DNA from: Parachlamydiales bacterium | GTDB taxonomy: Bacteria > Chlamydiota > Chlamydiia > Chlamydiales > JAFEGQ01 | Direction: 5' to 3' | Assembly: GCA_050250135.1 (NCBI GenBank) | Contig: JBFWPF010000006.1 | Span: 8,971 to 72,970, forward strand | DNA length: 64,000 nucleotides | Shown: positions 9,758 through 17,260 of the stretch, in pieces | Layout of the letters: the number at the start of each line of letters is the position of its first letter | Position numbering within the stretch: the stretch's first letter is position 1 | Translations under genes and position numbers: made by a program | The notes under the pieces: generated by a model | What the model saw: the letters and a program-made list of their open reading frames with translations, nothing else | What the model was told of the DNA's origin: nothing | The model's database searches: none

Positions 9758-9832
9758 GGCCCCATCGTCTAGCCAGGTCTAGGACATCGGATTTTCATTC
9801 CGGTAACAGGGGTTCGAATCCCCTTGGGGTCA
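9758..9832 (+). tRNA. tRNA-Glu (anticodon UUC)
   Basis: A 75-nt cloverleaf. Acceptor stem is GGCCCCA/TGGGGTC, the D-arm GTCT...GGAC resembles E. coli tRNA-Glu, the anticodon loop is TTTTCAT, and the T-arm is AGGGG-TTCGAAT-CCCCT. Confidence 0.9.
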
Positions 9833-9855
9833 ACTTTTGCTTAGTTGCGATTTAT

Positions 9856-9888
9856 CCCCCCTTCAAGGACGATAGGTCACAACCCAAG
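9856..9888 (+). repeat. Degenerate solo right arm of the 159-bp element family, 24 nt after tRNA-Glu
   Basis: CCCCCCTTCAAGGACGATAGGTCACAA matches the right-arm consensus CCCTCAGGACGATAGGTCRCAATCAGGGGT over its core and then diverges. Confidence 0.55.
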
Positions 9889-9908
9889 CATCAGGCCATC
9901 TTGGCTGT

Positions 9909-9981
9909 GGGTCCTTAGCTCAGTTGGTAGAGCACCTCACTTTTAATGAGGCCGTCGATGGTTCGAGTCCATCAGGACCCA
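9909..9981 (+). tRNA. tRNA-Lys (anticodon UUU)
   Basis: A 73-nt cloverleaf. Acceptor stem is GGGTCCT/AGGACCC, D-arm GCTC-AGTTGGTA-GAGC, anticodon stem CCTCA/TGAGG with loop CTTTTAA, and T-arm GATGG-TTCGAGT-CCATC. Confidence 0.92.
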
Positions 9982-9985
9982 AATT

Positions 9986-10015
9986 CCCCCTGGACGATAG
10001 GTCACAATCAGGGGT
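9986..10015 (+). repeat. Solo right arm of the 159-bp element family, 4 nt after tRNA-Lys and fused to repeat family 2 copy b
   Basis: CCCCCTGGACGATAGGTCACAATCAGGGGT is near-identical to the right-hand (plus-strand) terminus of the copy at 13583-13741 (CCCCTCGGGACGATAGGTCACAATCAGGGGT). No matching left arm lies nearby. Confidence 0.75.
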
Positions 10016-10167
10016 TAGAAAGTTAAGGCAAGCGGCCTCTTAGCGAATCGAGACAGATTGTTGAGGTCGCGACGAAGCCCATAGCCGCTGCGCTATGGGT
10101 GAGGAGCGAGCTCAATAGGATGGCCGATGCAGCAAGAGGACGGCGCCATAATTTTTTAAGGGCGTAC
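10015..10167 (+). repeat. Repeat family 2, copy b (153 bp)
   Basis: It aligns with 6594-6729 and carries an insertion of about 17-21 bp (CTCAATAGGATGGCCGATG). It has the same hairpin stem CCCATAGC/GCTATGGG but a different loop (CGCTGC versus CAAAGC). Confidence 0.8.
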
Positions 10168-10229
10168 TTCCTTCTTGACAAGCCCTTCCAAAATTCCTAC
10201 ACAGAGCCCCTAGTTTTACGGGATATTCT

Positions 10230-10748
10230 GTGGCCGATCGCCCCATCGAATGTAGCAACTGCAAGAAACCGCTCGCCTACGACTACACCCAACTAGCCGA
10301 AGGGAAGCGAGTCGAGCTCTCGATGTGCGCAACCTGCCCGATTCTTCAAGCCAAGCTCTATGGGACCAAAGCGATCCCCGCCTACGAAGCGGGTGAGGAG
10401 CGCCCTGCAGGGATCACGTGCGGCAGCTGCGGCACCACGCTAGATGCGGTCCGGACCGGCACCCCCCTTGGGTGCAGCCAGTGCTACGAGGTTTTCAGCG
10501 AGGTGATCGGCTATGAGCTCGGGAGCGCCCACCGCCTCTCGAAACGGCTTGGCAAGCCGGCCGGCCGTTCAACCCCCCTCCACATGGGAAGGGCGCCTGG
10601 TGAGGTGGTTGAACTAACCGATACGGCCAAGCTCCTTGCCCTTGACGAGGCGCTGAAAGAGACCCTGACTGCGGAGGACTACGAGGGAGCAGCGTGGCTG
10701 CGCGATCAGATTAAACGGCTTAAGGAGAGGCTCGGTGACCGCGAATAA
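10230..10748 (+). CDS. UVR-motif, zinc-finger-like protein; McsA-like partner of the protein arginine kinase
   Basis: 172 aa with a GTG start. It has paired Cys motifs (CSNCKK...CATCP; CGSCG...CSQC) and a C-terminal UVR motif (EDYEGAAWLRDQIKRLKERL). A 14-nt overlap links it to the downstream guanido kinase gene. Confidence 0.7.
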   Translation: MADRPIECSNCKKPLAYDYTQLAEGKRVELSMCATCPILQAKLYGTKAIPAYEAGEERPAGITCGSCGTTLDAVRTGTPLGCSQCYEVFSEVIGYELGSAHRLSKRLGKPAGRSTPLHMGRAPGEVVELTDTAKLLALDEALKETLTAEDYEGAAWLRDQIKRLKERLGDRE

Positions 10749-11802
10749 GGATCGACTCCCCCTCCTCTCCCTCCATAGGCCCTGGTCGGGTAATGAGAAT
10801 CCGATCTGGCTTGCCTCCACCCTCCTGCTCAAGCGCAACCTCACCCGCTACCGCTTCCCCCCCAAGCTGGACACCCCCTCCCGCAAGCAGATCCGAGAGC
10901 TGATCGGCGGGCAACTCGAGAAAAGTAGCCAACTCGACAAGCCCTACCTAGTCCGCGCCGAAGAGATGGATCCCCTCGAAAAGGAATTTCTCTTCGAGCA
11001 CTTTCTCGCCTCAAGCAGCTTCCAACAGGCGCTTAGTGGCGAGGGGTTTGTGGTCGATGGCAGTGGGGAATTTTTGGCAACGCTCAACATCGGCGACCAC
11101 CTCCAGCTCCACCTCACCGAAACGCACGAGAATCTGGAGGAGAGCTGGAATCGGCTCATTAAGCTCGAGACCCTCCTTGGCCGCACCCTCGATTATGCCT
11201 ACAATCCCCGCTTTGGCTTCCTGACCTCCGACCCGATGAGCTGCGGCACCGGCACCCTCATCTCCCTCTACCTCCACCTTCCTGCCCTGATCCACGTCAA
11301 CTCCCTTGAGGAGACAGTAAAGCGGCTCGAGCCCCATGAAGTAGAGGCGGCCAGCATTCGGGGCCCGCTCGATGACATCGTCGGCGACCTCCTTGTCCTG
11401 CGAAACCGGTGCACCATCGGCCTCACCGGAGAGGACATCGTCCAGTCGCTCCGCACCCAAGCGCTTAACCTCATAGTCGCTGAAAAGCGGCTCCGAAGCG
11501 AGCTCAAGAAGATGGGGAGTGCCGAGATGAAGGATAAGGTGGCTAGAGCCTTTGGCCTCCTCCACCACTCTTACCAGCTGGAGATCCACGAAGCTTGGGG
11601 GGCCCTAAGCCTTCTTAAACTCGGCCTCGATCTGGGCTGGGTCTCGGGCACCACCCACGCTCATCTCAACGAACTCCTATTCACGACCCGACGGGCTCAT
11701 CTGATCTGTGAGTACTCCGAAGCGATTGGCCAGGAGGAGGTGGCCCACAGACGGGCCGAGTTTGTCCACGCCTCCCTCCAGGATATCCACCTGAGCATCT
11801 AG
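10735..11802 (+). CDS. mcsB: Protein arginine kinase / ATP:guanido phosphotransferase
   Basis: 355 aa with a guanido-kinase catalytic domain (NIGDHLQL ... FGFLTSDPMSCGTGTLISLYLHLPAL ...). Its position after frr and the UVR protein matches the chlamydial order as I recall it. Confidence 0.85.
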   Translation: MTANKDRLPLLSLHRPWSGNENPIWLASTLLLKRNLTRYRFPPKLDTPSRKQIRELIGGQLEKSSQLDKPYLVRAEEMDPLEKEFLFEHFLASSSFQQALSGEGFVVDGSGEFLATLNIGDHLQLHLTETHENLEESWNRLIKLETLLGRTLDYAYNPRFGFLTSDPMSCGTGTLISLYLHLPALIHVNSLEETVKRLEPHEVEAASIRGPLDDIVGDLLVLRNRCTIGLTGEDIVQSLRTQALNLIVAEKRLRSELKKMGSAEMKDKVARAFGLLHHSYQLEIHEAWGALSLLKLGLDLGWVSGTTHAHLNELLFTTRRAHLICEYSEAIGQEEVAHRRAEFVHASLQDIHLSI

Positions 11803-11808
11803 TTTCTG

Positions 11809-11837
11809 TTGCCAGAAAAGCATAAATAAATTATAAT
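11809..11837 (+). promoter_or_regulatory. Near-consensus sigma70/sigma66-type promoter for the 11860 gene
   Basis: TTGCCA (11809-11814), an exactly 17-nt spacer, then TATAAT (11832-11837). It is followed by an AAGGA ribosome-binding site and the ATG at 11860, within an AT-rich gap. Confidence 0.55.
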
Positions 11838-11859
11838 ACTTCAAAAATAAGAAGGAAAT

Positions 11860-12747
11860 ATGGATATATTTGCCCCCTTTAAGTGGATTAAAGAGAGTCG
11901 CTTAGTCACTGGGCCTACCTGGGCTATCTCGACCCTGTGGAACAGCCGCCCAGTCCGCTGGATGTCAACCGGTTACAACACCTATTGCTGCTACCATCTC
12001 TTTGGAAGTGCAATCCCTAACCTGCTTGTACTCAACACCTACCGACACGGCACCTCGATTAAGAACTATATATCCATTAACTTCACCGGCTTAGATCCCA
12101 GTCGAGGAGGCGATCCAAAATCGGGTGGTGAGGCCACACTCTTCAGCCTAGAGGGTGAACACTCCCCCTATGCTGACCGCGATGGTGGCTATGTCTACCT
12201 CGCTGGCGATACCCATCACCCCCTTCCTAGCCATGTCAGACCTCTAGAGCGATATGAGATCTGGATTAAGAAGAAGTATGGAGTTCATAACGCCTACCGG
12301 TTTGGCGCTAATTTTGCCCTTGCAAAAAGGGGGATCAATCACAACCTAGGGGCAGGAGCTCTTGCCTTCCTCCCCTTTCTCCTCACACCAACCATAAAGG
12401 TGCATTTCGCCCAAGAGGAGGCCAATGAGCACCCGAACGGAATAGAGGACGATTCCACGATGGGGTATGACGCAGTCCGGACAAAACACCACCTAGGATG
12501 GAATCATATCGGGATCTCAGGGGCTCTCTGGCAGGGGCTAAAGCACCCCAACCTTCCGAAGAGGGCCATCCGTGATCCCCGCCGCTTTTGCACCGGCCTG
12601 ATTCAGGGTACCCTTGCGGTTTGTGCAACGGCTAAGCTCTTCGGCAAGTCGATCCAGCTGCCCGCTCCAGAGCTCCTCCACCGCCTCTGGGAGTACCGCC
12701 TCTTCCGCTGGCCCATCGAATACGCCATCCGCTTCTCTGCCTGGTAA
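11860..12747 (+). CDS. Hypothetical protein (orphan; no domain recognised)
   Basis: A 295-aa ORF with a strong promoter and ribosome-binding site. It is visibly more AT-rich than its neighbours, and I recognised no signal peptide or known motifs. Confidence 0.6.
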   Translation: MDIFAPFKWIKESRLVTGPTWAISTLWNSRPVRWMSTGYNTYCCYHLFGSAIPNLLVLNTYRHGTSIKNYISINFTGLDPSRGGDPKSGGEATLFSLEGEHSPYADRDGGYVYLAGDTHHPLPSHVRPLERYEIWIKKKYGVHNAYRFGANFALAKRGINHNLGAGALAFLPFLLTPTIKVHFAQEEANEHPNGIEDDSTMGYDAVRTKHHLGWNHIGISGALWQGLKHPNLPKRAIRDPRRFCTGLIQGTLAVCATAKLFGKSIQLPAPELLHRLWEYRLFRWPIEYAIRFSAW

Positions 12748-12795
12748 TGGAGAATTGCCCGAAATCGCCGGTCACACTACTCTGCCTGGGATATT

Positions 12796-12868
12796 GCCCG
12801 AGTAGCTCAGCTGGTAGAGCAGCGCATTCGTAATGCGAAGGTCGTCAGTTCAAATCTGGCCTTGGGCA
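12796..12868 (+). tRNA. tRNA-Thr (anticodon CGU)
   Basis: A 73-nt cloverleaf. Acceptor stem is GCCCGAG/CTTGGGC with one G.U pair, D-arm GCTC-AGCTGGTA-GAGC, anticodon loop TTCGTAA, and T-arm GTCAG-TTCAAAT-CTGGC. Confidence 0.88.
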
Positions 12869-13000
12869 AATGTAAACCGGCTTTACACCAATCCCAAGAA
12901 ATAAATTCACCCAGTCTGGCTCTCGATGAAGAGCGGAGACCGACGCTAGCCTTGTAGGCTTGCGAGGTCGAGCTCAAAAGCGAGGGCCGAAAGACCAGTA

Positions 13001-13537
13001 TTACATATCGTAGCGGCCGTGGTCCCCTTGGCGGGGGACCTTGTTGATCAGCACATTGACCATATCGGCCCAGCGGTGTTGACGGGCATAGGGCTCAATG
13101 AGCTTATAATCGACCCCCACTTGGTCTGAAAACCGCTGAAGCATCTCTGGGGTGAGGTTATTCCGATTGGACTCCTCCTCCAAACTCGCCACAAGCCCCT
13201 CCAAAAACTCTTTCCAGAGCTTTCCATTCTGCTTGCGCAGGTTGCGGATCCCTACCTTGAGGTCCTCTTGAGTGAGAATGTAGGCAAGAAACGGGAGGGG
13301 GTGGACAGGGCCGATCCGGTCACCGGCCTTATTCAGGGCGGTGACATAGGGAAGGATGGTGAGGGGGTTGTTAGCCGCTAGGGTGAGGACGATGTAGCGG
13401 ATATCTTGCTTGTCTTGCGTGGTGAGTTCGGCGTAGAAGTTCCGAGGGGCGGAGGTCCGCCGATCGGCGGCAAGGGGAAGGGTGAAAAGAAGGAGGAGGA
13501 GAAGCGCTTTACGCATGGGATCCGGTTTTTGGCCCAT
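13001..13537 (-). CDS. Hypothetical secreted protein
   Basis: A 178-aa ORF. A more likely start is the internal Met at 13516, giving MRKALLLLLLFTLPLAAD, a classical signal peptide. No domain was recognised. Confidence 0.6.
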   Translation of the reverse strand: MGQKPDPMRKALLLLLLFTLPLAADRRTSAPRNFYAELTTQDKQDIRYIVLTLAANNPLTILPYVTALNKAGDRIGPVHPLPFLAYILTQEDLKVGIRNLRKQNGKLWKEFLEGLVASLEEESNRNNLTPEMLQRFSDQVGVDYKLIEPYARQHRWADMVNVLINKVPRQGDHGRYDM

Positions 13538-13582
13538 GTTAGCCTCTCATCGAAATAAGAGAGTAAGCTTTTTTGCCGTTAA

Positions 13583-13741
13583 ACCCCTGATTGCAACCTC
13601 TAGTCCTGAGGGCATTGACAGTGGGCGACCATCTGGAGCACATCTCTTCTCAACCGGGTTTTCAAACCCGGCCTCGCCGCGATATGCTCCATCTGACTAC
13701 CCCCTGCCGCCCCCTCGGGACGATAGGTCACAATCAGGGGT
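13583..13741 (-). repeat. 159-bp long-hairpin (MITE-like) element, copy A, inverted relative to copies B and C
   Basis: The termini are ACCCCTGATTGCAACCTCTAGTCCTGAGGG ... CCCTCGGGACGATAGGTCACAATCAGGGGT, with a central hairpin AACCGGGTTTTCAAACCCGG. Its reverse complement aligns end to end with 41803-41961 and 52271-52429. It sits between divergent genes. Confidence 0.85.
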
Positions 13742-13778
13742 TGGACAAGTAGGTCCTCGTGGAGTATTGTAGCAGGGT

Positions 13779-14549
13779 ATGCGCCTCCTCCTTACCCTCC
13801 TCCTTTTCCCTTTGGTCCTCTTTGCTGAGCGGCCCGACTGGTGCAAGCCGCAGCGTTTCTACGCCAGTTTCGAAAGCGCCTACCTAAGCCGCGATCGAGC
13901 GGGAGGCTCATGGCAAGAGGGGATCCTCTTCGGAGGCCACATCGGCTGGGATCGGGTGAAATTTAAGGGCTTCTATTGGGGCATCGACGCCTACTACTTG
14001 ACCGGAACGCTCATGGGACAAGCCTCAAGTGGTTGCTACGCCGAATCGGCCATGCAGGTCAACGAGGTGGAGGGGCGGCTGGGATGGACCTTCTGCCTCC
14101 CGTGGCGCTGGTCACCGACGGTAACGCCGTTTGTGGGCTACGGCTACTACCACGAGAGTAACCGGTTTCACGCCAACTGCCCTTGGCAGGTTCGCTTCCG
14201 GGCCTACTACGACGACCTGGTGCTCGGTTTTCTCTCAAGTGTCAACCCCTGCTCGACCTATTCCATCGGGCTTAACATCAAAGTAGGGCTCATTAGGCAG
14301 GGACATAACCGGATCTCCGAAGACCCCATGGCAAACCCCGTTTCGCAACGGACGGGAGATCGGCCCCAGTATACGGTCGAGTTGCCCTTGACCCTCTACC
14401 CCTGCCGGAAGTGTCGCTGCCTGGAAATTGCGGTCGTTCCCTTCTACCGACTCCGCCACTTCGGAGGGCGGGAAAACTACCCCTTCGATTTCTTTGAGAC
14501 CCGCCTCTCCTTTTACGGGGCGCGGGCTGAGCTGGGGATCCGCTGGTAG
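13779..14549 (+). CDS. Putative cysteine-rich outer-membrane beta-barrel protein
   Basis: 256 aa with a signal peptide (MRLLLTLLLFPLVLFA). It has alternating aromatic/hydrophilic strand-like segments, a C-terminal aromatic residue (...ELGIRW), and 8 Cys residues. Confidence 0.5.
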   Translation: MRLLLTLLLFPLVLFAERPDWCKPQRFYASFESAYLSRDRAGGSWQEGILFGGHIGWDRVKFKGFYWGIDAYYLTGTLMGQASSGCYAESAMQVNEVEGRLGWTFCLPWRWSPTVTPFVGYGYYHESNRFHANCPWQVRFRAYYDDLVLGFLSSVNPCSTYSIGLNIKVGLIRQGHNRISEDPMANPVSQRTGDRPQYTVELPLTLYPCRKCRCLEIAVVPFYRLRHFGGRENYPFDFFETRLSFYGARAELGIRW

Positions 14550-15058
14550 TGCCCTCCCTTCTGTCATTGATCGGATTTGGGGTGGTCGCCCTCCTCTGGG
14601 GGGTCGGGAGCGGTCGAAGGCTCAACTTGGTTAAGGGGCGGATTGAACGGGATTGGGCTGAGGTAGCCCACTTTCTGAAGGAGCGGAGCACTCTCCTGTT
14701 CCAAATGGGGAGGGAGGAGGTGGTGGAGGCCCACGAGGCCCTACTAAGTGCCCTCCAGGAGGTTGAAGAGCGGGGAGGCCCTCTCCGAATAAGGCTCTCC
14801 CGCCTCCAAGAGGCCGAAAGGGGGGTTCAAAATGCCCTTAAAAACCTGCCGCCTGAAGAGCAGGAGCGGGTCGGAGAGTCGAGCGACCGCCTCCTCTTTG
14901 CCACCGAAACCTACAACGATGGGATTCGGCTCCTAAAACGGCTCTCGCGCCTCCCCTTCCACCTCCCCTTTGCCCTTTTTATCTGTCCCCGAGGGCTCGA
15001 CCTTTTCGAGACGGGCTCTTTTCATGGAGGAGCAGCAAAACTTCCGTTTAGCCCCTGA
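14549..15058 (+). CDS. lemA: LemA-family membrane protein
   Basis: 169 aa with a GTG start that overlaps the upstream TAG by 1 nt. It has an N-terminal TM segment, then LNLVKGRIERDWAEV and C-terminal TYNDGIRLLKRLSRLPFHLPFALF, matching the LemA pattern (YN..V..YN..I..FP). Confidence 0.55.
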   Translation: MPSLLSLIGFGVVALLWGVGSGRRLNLVKGRIERDWAEVAHFLKERSTLLFQMGREEVVEAHEALLSALQEVEERGGPLRIRLSRLQEAERGVQNALKNLPPEEQERVGESSDRLLFATETYNDGIRLLKRLSRLPFHLPFALFICPRGLDLFETGSFHGGAAKLPFSP

Positions 15059-15070
15059 TGGTGACCTAGC

Positions 15071-16045
15071 ATGCGATGGCTCCTCCTACTTTTATTTTCC
15101 CTTCCCCTTTTTGGCGCCCTCTCTGAGTCGGTTCTGCCAGCAATAGAGGCGGCTTATGCAATCGGAGGAGAAAAGTTCACCAAGCGGCAGTGGGAGGAGA
15201 TCACCGCCGCCAAGGGAAGGGAGCGGCTTCGGGTCGTCACCTACAACATGCTCTTCAACCTTTACGACTGGCGCCATGCCGAGGCCTACCGATGGCCAGC
15301 CCGCCTCCCCCGAATAGCGGAATGGATTCGGGCGGCCGATGCCGATCTGATCGCCACCCAAGAGCTCCATAGGGACCAGGTAGAGGGGCTGCTAGCGCTC
15401 ATCGGAGAGGAGTATGCCTTTTATGGCCATGCTTCAACACTTTTGGGAGTAGAATCAGAGATCAATGGCATTTTCTACCGCAAGGGGCGGTTTGAGCTAG
15501 TGTTTGCCGAGTCCCCCTCTATGTCGGAATATGACCCTTACAGCTCGATGAGCCGTCGTCTCACCATCGCCCACTTCCGAGATGGAAAAACGGGGGCGGT
15601 GTTCGGACTGATCAACGCCCACCACTCCTTCAGCAGCGCCGATTCCCGTGAGTGCTCGGTCCGCTTTACGTTGGATCGCCTGGGCCCGTTGATGGGAGAT
15701 ATGCCACTGATTGTGGTGGGTGATATGAACACCTTCCCGACCCGGATAGACGTGGATCTCCCCTTCTACGATGGCCACTACCTCCACCGCCTCTTTATGG
15801 GGGCCGGTTTTCAAGAGGCCTATGACCGGGCCCTCCTGGGTCACGTCGGACCCATTTCGACCTTTACCAATGCACCCGATCAGGGAAAGACCGTTTTTAT
15901 GGGGACGGGCACACCAGGCGTGGTTCTCGACCACATCTATGTGAATGGGAAGGTCGAGGTTATGATTCATGCGGTCGATCCTGCCCGGGTCGACGGCTAC
16001 TTCCCTTCAGATCATATGCCGGTGATTGCCGACCTTGTTCTGTAG
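15071..16045 (+). CDS. Secreted endonuclease/exonuclease/phosphatase (EEP) family protein
   Basis: 324 aa with a signal peptide. EEP motifs are LRVVTYNMLFN, IATQELH and C-terminal SDHMPVIADL. Confidence 0.8.
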   Translation: MRWLLLLLFSLPLFGALSESVLPAIEAAYAIGGEKFTKRQWEEITAAKGRERLRVVTYNMLFNLYDWRHAEAYRWPARLPRIAEWIRAADADLIATQELHRDQVEGLLALIGEEYAFYGHASTLLGVESEINGIFYRKGRFELVFAESPSMSEYDPYSSMSRRLTIAHFRDGKTGAVFGLINAHHSFSSADSRECSVRFTLDRLGPLMGDMPLIVVGDMNTFPTRIDVDLPFYDGHYLHRLFMGAGFQEAYDRALLGHVGPISTFTNAPDQGKTVFMGTGTPGVVLDHIYVNGKVEVMIHAVDPARVDGYFPSDHMPVIADLVL

Positions 16046-16069
16046 TCCCACTAGCCGTATGCTAATGGG

Positions 16070-17260
16070 ATGAAGCAACACGATCTGCTCAAGGGGGGCT
16101 CTGCCATCAGCGGAGCTTTTTTCATCGCGGGGACCTCGATCGGCGCCGGCATGCTTGCCCTCCCGTTCAAGACGGGGCTGTCGGGATTTGGTCCCGCCGT
16201 GGCGGTCAACCTGATCTGCTGGCTCTTTATGCTCTGCACAGGTCTCCTCTTCTTGGAGGCTACCCTCTGGATGCCCGAGGGGACGAACCTCCTCTCGATC
16301 GCCCGCCGATTTTTGGGGAAAGGGGGGCAAGTGCTGGGCGGGGTCGCCTTCCTCTTCCTCTACTACTGCCTCCTCGTCGCCTACTTTTCAGGGGCAACGC
16401 CGATTTTTCGGGGGGTATTCCGGGGGGCCTTGCCCGATGAGTGGATCGGAATCCTGTTTCCCCTCCTGATCGGAATTGTCCTGTGGATCGGAACGCGGGT
16501 GACCGACCGGATTAACTTCCTGCTCGTAGTGGGGCTCATTGCCTCCTACCTCGGCCTCATTGGCTTGGGGAGCTCAGCCGTTGAGGGGGTTAGGCTCCAG
16601 CGGACCGACTGGGGAGCGGGATGGGCCGCTATCCCGATCCTTTTCAGCGCCTATGGCTACCACAACATCATCCCCTCGATGGCCCTCTATCTCAACCGCG
16701 ATGGCAGGCGCCTGCGATGGGCGATCGTAGTCGGGACACTCATTCCCCTCGTCGTCTACCTGCTGTGGCAATGGATCGTGATCGGGACCCTCCCGCAAGA
16801 CCTGATCGCCGTAGCGGCTAGTGAAGGGGAGATCACCCGTCCCTGGGCCCAAATCGCCCAAAGCCCCTATCTGATCGGTTTGGTTGAGGCCTTCTCCCTC
16901 TTTGCCATCACCACCTCGGTGGTGGGAGTCGGGCTCTCTATGATCGACTTTTTTGCCGATGGGACCAAAATCCCGCGAGAGGGGTGGGGCAGGGCCACTC
17001 TCTGCCTCTGTGCCCTCGGTCCTCCTGCCGCCTTAGCGATTGTCCGCCCGGGTATGTTTGTCTCGGCCCTGGAGTATGCGGGGGGATTTGGGGAGGCGAC
17101 CCTAAACGGCCTTCTCCCCGTCCTGATGGTCTGGGTGGGGCGCTACCGCTTTGGACTAAAGTCCGACTATATGCTGCCCGGCGGACGGTTCTCCCTCTCG
17201 ATCCTGCTGGCCGGCGCCATCGCTATTATCGTGTACCAAGTGGTCCAGGCACTGAGCTAG
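16070..17260 (+). CDS. Aromatic amino acid (Tyr/Trp-type) permease, HAAAP family
   Basis: 396 aa with about 11 TM segments and an N-terminal AFFIAGTSIGAGMLALPFKTGLSGF typical of TyrP/Mtr/TnaB permeases. Confidence 0.8.
   Translation: MKQHDLLKGGSAISGAFFIAGTSIGAGMLALPFKTGLSGFGPAVAVNLICWLFMLCTGLLFLEATLWMPEGTNLLSIARRFLGKGGQVLGGVAFLFLYYCLLVAYFSGATPIFRGVFRGALPDEWIGILFPLLIGIVLWIGTRVTDRINFLLVVGLIASYLGLIGLGSSAVEGVRLQRTDWGAGWAAIPILFSAYGYHNIIPSMALYLNRDGRRLRWAIVVGTLIPLVVYLLWQWIVIGTLPQDLIAVAASEGEITRPWAQIAQSPYLIGLVEAFSLFAITTSVVGVGLSMIDFFADGTKIPREGWGRATLCLCALGPPAALAIVRPGMFVSALEYAGGFGEATLNGLLPVLMVWVGRYRFGLKSDYMLPGGRFSLSILLAGAIAIIVYQVVQALS

Noticed and set aside
11011-11589. A 192-aa minus-strand ORF inside mcsB.
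   Set aside because: It is antisense to the guanido kinase gene and has no motifs.
12905-12995. A possible third, degenerate copy of repeat family 2 downstream of tRNA-Thr, with shared strings such as GAGG.CGAGCTCAA and a TAGCC-containing hairpin.
   Set aside because: The similarity is patchy and I cannot score it without an alignment tool. It is too weak to call.
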